Shown here in pieces: positions 57,857 to 64,000 of a stretch of DNA of 64,000 bases. The DNA comes from Gemmatimonadota bacterium (lineage in GTDB: Bacteria > Gemmatimonadota > Gemmatimonadetes > Longimicrobiales > Gaopeijiaceae): the NCBI GenBank assembly GCA_034521595.1, contig JAXHMG010000002.1, forward strand, positions 205,340-269,339, read 5' to 3'. Position 1 is the first letter of the stretch. Each line of letters starts with the position of its first letter. Under the pieces are notes generated by a model. It saw only the letters and a list, made by a program, of their open reading frames with translations. It did no database searches and was not told the origin of the DNA. A program made the position numbers and the translations under genes.

Positions 57857-58953
57857 TGTCCCGCGAGCAGCCCTACCCCATGGAGACGGAGCACGGCTCC
57901 GGCGACGGCGCGCTCCTGGAAGCGGCCGCGCAGCGCGTCGCCGCACGCTTGCACGAGCACTTCCCCGACCGTGCCCCGGGCGAGCACGAACGGCTCCGGC
58001 GACGGCTCGCCACCCTCGTGGTCACGCTCAAGCGGATCGCCGCCGGCGCCGGCGCAGCGGCGGTACCCGCGCACACCCGCACCGACGAAGCGCTCGTCGA
58101 CCGGCTCGAGCAGGAGCTCCTCTGGCTTCCGCGGACCGAGAGCGACGCCGAAAGCGCGGTCCGCGCGCTGCGCGCGTGCGCCACCTACAAGAACGCGCCC
58201 GAGGCCAGGACAGGAGCGCCCGCGGAGCAGGACGACCTCCGAAGCCACATGGTCGGCCCCGACGCGCTCGAGCTCCTCGTGGAGGTCGCCCATGACTTCC
58301 GCTCGCCGCTCACCTCCGTCCTCTTTCTCGCCGAAACGCTGCGCGACGGTCACAGCGGCGAAGTCAACGATCTGCAGCGGAGCCAGCTCGGGCTCATGTA
58401 CAGCGCGGCGTTCGGCCTGGCGACCATCGCCACGGACGTCGTCGACCTGGCGCGTCGCGGGCTCGACCTCGTCGACGAAGATCCCTCACCCTACGCATTC
58501 GCCGACGTGTTCCGGAACGTGGAGCGAATGGTGCGCCCCATGGTGGAAGAGAAGGGGCTCGAGCTACGCGTCGAGATTCCGGAGCACGGGCAGGCCGAGG
58601 GCTACCCGCACGCGTTGGGCCGGGTGTTGCTCAACCTCACCACGAACGCCCTCAAGTTCACCGACGAGGGGTTCGTCGAGATCGGAGTGCGCCCGCTCCC
58701 GCACGACCGGATCGAGTACTACGTGCAGGACACGGGCCGGGGGATCCCCCCGGACCGGCAGGAGGAGCTCTTCCAGCCGTTCAAGAAGCGGAAGGGTGAG
58801 GACCAGAGCGGCGAGTTCTTCTCGGGAAGCGGCGTGGGCCTTTCCATCGCGCGCCGGCTCGTCGAGGCGATGGGCTCGGAGCTCGACTACACCACTTCCG
58901 GGGGCGAAGGGACCCGCTTCTCGTTCGTGCTCCACACGACACGGCGCCGCTGA
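57853..58953 (+). CDS. Cytoplasmic histidine kinase without TM or recognisable sensor domain
   Basis: H-box AHDFRSPL, NLTTNALKF, DTGRGI and GSGVGL motifs. Confidence 0.9.
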   Translation: MMSREQPYPMETEHGSGDGALLEAAAQRVAARLHEHFPDRAPGEHERLRRRLATLVVTLKRIAAGAGAAAVPAHTRTDEALVDRLEQELLWLPRTESDAESAVRALRACATYKNAPEARTGAPAEQDDLRSHMVGPDALELLVEVAHDFRSPLTSVLFLAETLRDGHSGEVNDLQRSQLGLMYSAAFGLATIATDVVDLARRGLDLVDEDPSPYAFADVFRNVERMVRPMVEEKGLELRVEIPEHGQAEGYPHALGRVLLNLTTNALKFTDEGFVEIGVRPLPHDRIEYYVQDTGRGIPPDRQEELFQPFKKRKGEDQSGEFFSGSGVGLSIARRLVEAMGSELDYTTSGGEGTRFSFVLHTTRRR

Positions 58954-59035
58954 CGCTCCCGCGTCGCGGTCCACCCGCTGCACACATCTCTCCGACACCT
59001 TGACCCGGCCTCCTGCTCCAGGGGGTCGAGCTACT

Positions 59036-59073
59036 TGTGGCAGCCATCCCACAGTCGTCGTTGGACGGCTACA
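59036..59073. promoter_or_regulatory. Tandem candidate enhancer boxes upstream of the priming glycosyltransferase
   Basis: TGTGGCAGCCATCCCACA (59036-59053) and CGTCGTTGGACGGCTACA (59056-59073), with starts 20 bp apart. Confidence 0.45.
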
Positions 59074-59238
59074 GATTTCGCCGGTTCGACGTGACGGACG
59101 GCCGGTGTACTACAACTATAAGTCGCTCCGCCAAAACAACTTACGAGATATTCGTCCCGACGGTCACGGATGTGAACGCCCCTTGCACAAGAGGTTCGAC
59201 CCGTAGCGAAGACTCGAACCTGCAAGGCAATACATCTC

Positions 59239-60018
59239 GTGATGAGCTCAACCACCAGCAGAAAGCACTGGGGACTGCAACAGCGGAGCATGGTGCCGGC
59301 GCGCACCTTCCCCGGTTCGCTGACGACCGAGCCGTTTCGACTCGAGCCCAAGGCCGAGCGTTCGCCCCGCACGCCGGACAACAGCGAGCGCATTCGCCGG
59401 GCTCTCAATATTCTCGTCGCGGCGATCGGAATCATCGTGGCCGCCCCCGTCATGCTCATCGTGGCGGTGCTCGTCAAGCTGACCTCGCCCGGACCCGTCA
59501 TCTACAAGCAGCCCCGGGTGGGCATCGATCGGCGCGGCAACCGCGGTCCCGGGTCGGACAACTACCGGCGGCAAGCGGACCACGGCGGCAGGCTGTTCAC
59601 GATCTACAAGTTCCGCACCATGCGGAACGACCCGAAAGCGGGCGAGACGTGGGCCACCAAGAACGACCCACGCATCACGCCCATCGGAGCGTTCATGCGC
59701 GCCACCCGCATCGACGAGCTCCCGCAGTTCTTCAACGTGCTCAAGGGCGACATGAACATCGTCGGGCCGCGCCCGGAGCAGCCGAAGATCTTCTCCGAGC
59801 TCCGTCAGGACATCACCCGCTATCAGGACCGGCAGCGGGTGCTGCCCGGCATCACCGGCCTCGCGCAGGTGAACCTCGGGTACGACGAGGACCTCGAGGG
59901 CGTGAAGAAGAAGGTCGACCTCGACCTCCAGTACATCGAACGTCGCTCGCCGACCGAAGACCTCATGATCATGGCCAAGACCATGCCGGTCATGGTGTTC
60001 AGAAAGGTCTGGATGTAG
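59239..60018 (+). CDS. Priming sugar transferase (Bac_transf, WcaJ/WbaP C-terminal type)
   Basis: YKFRTM, DPRIT, RIDELPQ, VGPRPE, PGITGLAQ and DLQYI motifs. Start uncertain (59239, 59242 or 59290). Confidence 0.92.
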   Translation: MMSSTTSRKHWGLQQRSMVPARTFPGSLTTEPFRLEPKAERSPRTPDNSERIRRALNILVAAIGIIVAAPVMLIVAVLVKLTSPGPVIYKQPRVGIDRRGNRGPGSDNYRRQADHGGRLFTIYKFRTMRNDPKAGETWATKNDPRITPIGAFMRATRIDELPQFFNVLKGDMNIVGPRPEQPKIFSELRQDITRYQDRQRVLPGITGLAQVNLGYDEDLEGVKKKVDLDLQYIERRSPTEDLMIMAKTMPVMVFRKVWM

Positions 60019-60053
60019 CCGAGGCACGCCCCCCCAGGGGTCGTCGAGCGACT

Positions 60054-60098
60054 GAAGAAGGCCGTCCCGCCGCGTTGGTGGGGCGGTCTTTTTCTTCG
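60054..60098 (+). terminator. Rho-independent terminator
   Basis: AAGGCCGTCCCGCC/GGTGGGGCGGTCTT stem followed by a T run. Confidence 0.75.
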
Positions 60099-60336
60099 GC
60101 CTCGGTATCGCTCCTACCAACGTGTTCGCATACAAACACGGTTGTATACCAATACGCTGGCATACCTATATGTTGGTGTGTTCGGATACGAGATCTTTTC
60201 AATCCGGATCCTGCAGCCGGCACTGACGAGAGCCCAAGCGGGCGTGGAAGAGCGTGATCAGGTGGAAACCCCTGGCTCTCATCGTGCTCCGTGGAGTATC
60301 ATGTGAGTCGAGAACCTGATGCCCAGGAGTTGCCTG

Positions 60337-60579
60337 ATGCTGCGGGAATACGTGAGTGGCGCTATGCGACGTGCCCACTACGAGATTTTGGAAGAGGACG
60401 GGACGTACTACGGAGAGATCCCGGCCGTTGAGGGAGTGTATGCGAACGCCGAGAGCCTCGAGGCGTGTCGCGACGAGCTGGAGGAGGTTCTCGAGGAGTG
60501 GGTGCTGTTTCGGATCTCTCGCAACCTCCCTGTCCCTGTCGTAGACGGGATCGACCTACGCGTGCACAAGGTGGGCTGA
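60337..60579 (+). CDS. hicB: HicB family antitoxin (short form, no DNA-binding domain)
   Basis: YEILEEDGTYYGEIP...GVYANAESLEACRDELEEVLEEW...NLPVP. AGGAG RBS. Confidence 0.85.
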   Translation: MLREYVSGAMRRAHYEILEEDGTYYGEIPAVEGVYANAESLEACRDELEEVLEEWVLFRISRNLPVPVVDGIDLRVHKVG

Positions 60580-60663
60580 GTGCCCTCATTCGGGCCGATC
60601 AGCCGTAGAGGCCGCTACCGACCTTCGTCGTCACGAAGGACTCGAGCTCCGGTGTCAAGCTGA
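60580..60663 (+). pseudogene. Truncated hicA toxin remnant
   Basis: A GTG directly after the hicB stop encodes (M)PSFGPISRR, a HicA-like N-terminus. Unrelated sequence follows, with a stop after 27 codons and no GxxH motif. Confidence 0.6.
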
Positions 60664-60734
60664 CGTTCATGGTGGTACCTCGGGTAAGGGGGGAGTTGAT
60701 ATCGCTGCGCGGTGCCGCCGGGAGGCTCCGCAAC

Positions 60735-61928
60735 TCACCCCGACCTCACCACATGCCTTCGGGTCGGCTCCCAGAGCGCGTCGTTCCCGCCCGACACGGC
60801 GCGCAGGAAGGCGTGCGCGGCGGCCAGATTCCCGGTGACGAGGTACGCGGGGATGGAGAAGACGGACGGCACGTGCGGCCGGTTCGCGAGGGCCCACCCG
60901 GTCGCGGCGAGCACGAGGAGCAGGGTCCCGAGCCCGAAGAGGACCGCCGCGACCGCCGAGGCGGGAGCCAGCACGCCGAGCGCGGCGAACGCGGCGAGCG
61001 CGGCCCACGGCAGCGCCCACCGGCAGACCTTGTGGCTGAAGAGCTTCCAGGCGAAGAGCCCGTGGCGGAACGGGTTCATGAGCGCGCGCTTGTACCAGAG
61101 CGTCTGCATGCCGCGGGTGATGGTGCGGACCTTTCGCCGGTACTCCTTGCGGAGCCCGGAGGCGCGGGGCACGAAGCACACCGCGTCGGACACGCTCTCC
61201 GCGCGGTAGCCGTGCTCGTGCGTGTGGAGCGCCGCCGCGAAGTCACGGCTGAGCGACCCCGGCAGGGGCAGGCGGTGGAGCTCCGGCCGGATGGCGTAGA
61301 AGCAGCCCGACGCGCCGATGATGCCGCCCACGCGCGTCTCGAGCTCACGGATCCCCATCTCGTAGCCGACGTAGCCGCCTTCGCCCGCGTTGCCGGTACC
61401 CGCGTCGTCGGCGCCCACGCTCACGTCCCGGCCGGAAGCGCACCCGACCTCCGGGTCCCCGAACCGCGCGATGAGCGGCTTCAGCGCATCCGAGCGGATC
61501 CGGATCGAGGCGTCGGTGTTGACGATGATGTCGCCCCGCAGGTGCTTCGCCGCCGCGTTCTCGGCCCGCGTCTTCCCACCCCGCTCCGTGAGGCGCAGGA
61601 GCTCCACCCCGTCGTCCTCGTACTCGCGCACGATCTCGTCGGTACGGTCGCTCGAGGCGTCCGAGATGATGAGCAGTTGCAGCCGGTCGCGCGGATAGTC
61701 GAGCGCCAACAGGCTCTTCACCAGATCCCGGATCTGGTCTTCCTCGTTGTACGCGGGCACGCTGATGGACACCCGCGGCCAGTCGTCGTCGGCCGGGGGC
61801 TCCGCCGGCCCCGAATCCGAGCGGAGCCGGGCGAGCAGGGCCAGCAGGAGCGGGTACCCCGCATACGTGTAGAGCAGGAGGGCCAAGGCGGCTGCCACCA
61901 CCCCGATCGCGATAGGCTGCACCGTCAC
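60735..61928 (-). CDS. Glycosyltransferase family 2 (membrane-bound)
   Basis: VPAYNEE, DASSDRT, GKTRAEN, NTDAS and ASGCFYAIR motifs with flanking TM segments. Confidence 0.9.
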   Translation of the reverse strand: MTVQPIAIGVVAAALALLLYTYAGYPLLLALLARLRSDSGPAEPPADDDWPRVSISVPAYNEEDQIRDLVKSLLALDYPRDRLQLLIISDASSDRTDEIVREYEDDGVELLRLTERGGKTRAENAAAKHLRGDIIVNTDASIRIRSDALKPLIARFGDPEVGCASGRDVSVGADDAGTGNAGEGGYVGYEMGIRELETRVGGIIGASGCFYAIRPELHRLPLPGSLSRDFAAALHTHEHGYRAESVSDAVCFVPRASGLRKEYRRKVRTITRGMQTLWYKRALMNPFRHGLFAWKLFSHKVCRWALPWAALAAFAALGVLAPASAVAAVLFGLGTLLLVLAATGWALANRPHVPSVFSIPAYLVTGNLAAAHAFLRAVSGGNDALWEPTRRHVVRSG

Positions 61929-63052
61929 TCCCGGATACAGGTTCGATAGATGTCGTCGTAGCGCCGCACCCAGGGGGCCACGGCGTAGTCCCGCGCGAGC
62001 CGGTCCCGCGCGGCCTCGGCCCGCCCGGACGCCTCCGGAGCGCCCGCGAGCACGGGCTCGAGCGCCCGGGCCATCGCCGCGGCGTCACCGGGCTCCACGA
62101 GCACGGCTTCCGTGTCGGAGACCACGTCGGGGATCCCGCCCACGGCCGTCGTCACCACGGGCACCCCGGCGGCCATCGCTTCGAGCAGCACGATGGGCGT
62201 CCCCTCGGTCCACGAGCTGATGAGGAGGGCGTCGAACGCCTTCATGTACCGGCCGGCCCCCGGCACGACCCCGTGCCAATGGATCCGCTCCGCCAGCCCC
62301 TCCTCCGCCGCCCGCGCCTCGAGCGACGGCCGCAGACGTCCGTTCCCGACGAACGAGAGCCGGGCTTCACCGCCACCGAGCTCGCCGAACGCGCCCAGCG
62401 CCACGTCCGGCGCCTTCTCGGGACTCATGCGCCCGATCCAACCGACCACGGGCGCGCCGTCCGGCAAGCCCAGTACTTCGCGCGCCTCGTCCCGCGCAAG
62501 GAACGGCGACGCGGGCGCCCAGGCGTTCGGCAGGCAGTGCAGCGCGCCCTGCGGAACCCCGACGCCCAGCAGCTCCCGCTCGAGCTTCGCCGACACCGCG
62601 ACGACCGCGTCGAACCGGCGGTAGGCGCGCCGCTGCAGCCACTCGTACAGCCGTCCCTTGAAGCTGCGCGCCGTGAACCCCTCGAGCGCCGTGAAGCCGT
62701 GCACGGTGGTGACGGTCGGCACGCCCGCGGCCCGCCCCACCGGCGCGTCGACGACGTCCGGGCGGTACCCGTGCGTATGCATCACGTCCGCCCGCGCCTC
62801 CGCGAGCGCGTTCCGCACCGCCCGCCGCTCCGCCAGGTACTGGCGGGCACCGAGCACGAGGGGCACGGCGCGTACGTCCTCCACCTCGAGGAGGGCGTCC
62901 CAGAAGGGCTGGCCCTCCGGCGGCTCGGTGAAGGAGGCCACGACCGTCACCCGGTCGCCCCGCGCGGCCTGCCCGGCCGCCAGCGTCAGGACCACGGATT
63001 CCAATCCGCCGAACGCGGCGGGCGCGAGGACGTGCACGATCGAGCGGCTCAC
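61925..63052 (-). CDS. Glycosyltransferase family 4
   Basis: GGLE, HTHG, GRMSPEK and EGTPIVLLEAMAAG. GTG 63052 overlaps the upstream stop. Confidence 0.92.
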   Translation of the reverse strand: MSRSIVHVLAPAAFGGLESVVLTLAAGQAARGDRVTVVASFTEPPEGQPFWDALLEVEDVRAVPLVLGARQYLAERRAVRNALAEARADVMHTHGYRPDVVDAPVGRAAGVPTVTTVHGFTALEGFTARSFKGRLYEWLQRRAYRRFDAVVAVSAKLERELLGVGVPQGALHCLPNAWAPASPFLARDEAREVLGLPDGAPVVGWIGRMSPEKAPDVALGAFGELGGGEARLSFVGNGRLRPSLEARAAEEGLAERIHWHGVVPGAGRYMKAFDALLISSWTEGTPIVLLEAMAAGVPVVTTAVGGIPDVVSDTEAVLVEPGDAAAMARALEPVLAGAPEASGRAEAARDRLARDYAVAPWVRRYDDIYRTCIRE

Positions 63053-63972
63053 CTGCCCCCTCCCGGACGCAGCCCCACCGCCCAGCACTCGAGCGCCTCG
63101 ATGCCGATGCCGGCCGGCACGTTCAGGCGGGGGATCGCCATGGGATCGAGGCCTCGGCCCACCCACCCTCGGTCGAGCGTGAACCCGGCCCGGTACCCGG
63201 CCCGCCGCACCACCGCACGCACACGCTCGTCATGGAGACCGTAGGGGTAGGAGACCGTGTCGACCTTCACGCCGAGCCGTCCCTCGATCGCTTCGCGGGC
63301 GCCGACGAGCTCCCGTTCCAGCTCCGCGTCATCCATGCGGGTCAGGTTGGGATGGGTCGCGGTGTGGGCTCCGACACTCAGCATCTCCCGCCCGTCCAGG
63401 GCCGACTCGAGCCTCTCCCAGGTGGCGGGGAGGAAGCTCGCGGGAAGGTCCGGTCCCGCGGCCCGGGCGTCCTCATCCGGCTCAGGGAGGATCTCCCCCG
63501 CGGCGCCGCGGTGCTCCGACAGGTGCCGGACCCGCTCGTCGTCCGTGAGCTCCCCCGCCTCGGCGAGCCGGTCCCACCAGAAGGGCCGAGGCCGCTCGCC
63601 GGCCTCCGAGACCACGAAGACCGTCGCGGGCAGCTCCAACCGTGCCAGCGCCGGCAGACCGTGCTCGAAGAACCCCTCGTAGGCATCGTCGAACGTCAGA
63701 GCCGCGAGCCCCCGAACGGAGCGCCCGGCAAGGCCGCGCTCCACCAGCTCGGAGAGGGGCACGACGCGGTAGGCGTCCCGCATCCACTCGAGCACCCGCT
63801 CGAAGTGGCTCACCGCCATGTGGAGCGAACCGTCCCCGTGCCCGGCCTGGTCATCGCTCGACACGTCGTGGAAGCAAAAGACCTGCCCGCCCGCTCGCAC
63901 CAGCCTGGCCACGCGTGGGACGGAAGCCGCGCTGAGGGCGCGGTAGAGGGCGTGGGAACGGGGGGTGCTCAC
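63049..63972 (-). CDS. Polysaccharide deacetylase (CE4/NodB-like)
   Basis: LTFDDAY, GAHTATHPNL and SYPYG motifs. Confidence 0.9.
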   Translation of the reverse strand: MSTPRSHALYRALSAASVPRVARLVRAGGQVFCFHDVSSDDQAGHGDGSLHMAVSHFERVLEWMRDAYRVVPLSELVERGLAGRSVRGLAALTFDDAYEGFFEHGLPALARLELPATVFVVSEAGERPRPFWWDRLAEAGELTDDERVRHLSEHRGAAGEILPEPDEDARAAGPDLPASFLPATWERLESALDGREMLSVGAHTATHPNLTRMDDAELERELVGAREAIEGRLGVKVDTVSYPYGLHDERVRAVVRRAGYRAGFTLDRGWVGRGLDPMAIPRLNVPAGIGIEALECWAVGLRPGGGR

Positions 63973-64000
63973 GGACGCGGGTCGATGATTCGGGTCTGGT

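Noticed and set aside
59171-59187. TGTGAACGCCCCTTGCA as a sigma-54 promoter for the priming transferase
   Set aside because: It has TG instead of GG at -24. The position is plausible but the match is too weak to list as a feature.
59190-59225. GGTTCGA / GACTCGAACC resembling a tRNA T-arm
   Set aside because: No acceptor stem, D-arm or anticodon arm can be built. It is only an inverted repeat.
1-64000. Many long overlapping ORFs in the six-frame track (e.g. 23612-25810, 32966-35194, 36684-38795, 39552-42254, 41830-44382)
   Set aside because: They are Arg/Pro/Gly-rich antisense or alternate-frame shadows of well-supported genes. This is expected at very high GC, and they carry no family motifs.
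1-64000. CRISPR array, rRNA, integrase, transposase or prophage genes
   Set aside because: No regularly spaced direct repeats or diagnostic motifs were seen by eye.
63969-64000. 3' end of another minus-strand gene (...QTRIIDPRP*) overlapping the deacetylase start
   Set aside because: Only about 10 codons fall in the window, too few to identify.

Overview
This is a very GC-rich, gene-dense bacterial chromosomal segment. Short RpoD/SigA-type sigma factors with a FISYAVWWIRQ motif, a DUF2723 protein and the overall gene set suggest an FCB-group organism, most likely Gemmatimonadota (inference). Positions 1-48.5 kb are mostly housekeeping: RidA, a BtuFCD-like ABC importer, rsgA, two sigma-70 paralogues, a PP2C phosphatase, an HD hydrolase, a class III aminotransferase, an EVE protein, a MATE transporter, pckA, maeB, fabF, ssb, polA, a lytic transglycosylase, an ExbB/TolQ protein, an Opp/Dpp ABC system, a lipoate ligase, gcvP (frameshifted), gcvH, an acyl-CoA dehydrogenase, tatA and a TrmJ-like methylase. 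Positions 48.6-64 kb hold an exopolysaccharide locus (wza-like, wzc, priming glycosyltransferase, GT2, GT4, deacetylase) mixed with signalling genes. The most unusual items are: (1) a single-chain SbcD(Mre11)-SbcC(Rad50) fusion whose ATPase motifs and two nuclease motifs are degenerate while the CxxC zinc hook is intact; (2) an EPS control module with a GGDEF cyclase lacking the I-site, a REC protein with a dead GGDEF but intact I-site, a sensor-less kinase, and a sigma-54 activator with candidate -24/-12 promoters and repeated TGT-N12-ACA boxes; (3) two sigma paralogues with the same promoter architecture; (4) a 190-bp element bounded by perfect 21-bp inverted repeats; (5) an orphan hicB next to a truncated hicA; (6) a deletion-riddled UvrC-like gene. 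No rRNA, tRNA, CRISPR array or transposase was seen. All family calls come from motifs recognised by eye, not from database searches.
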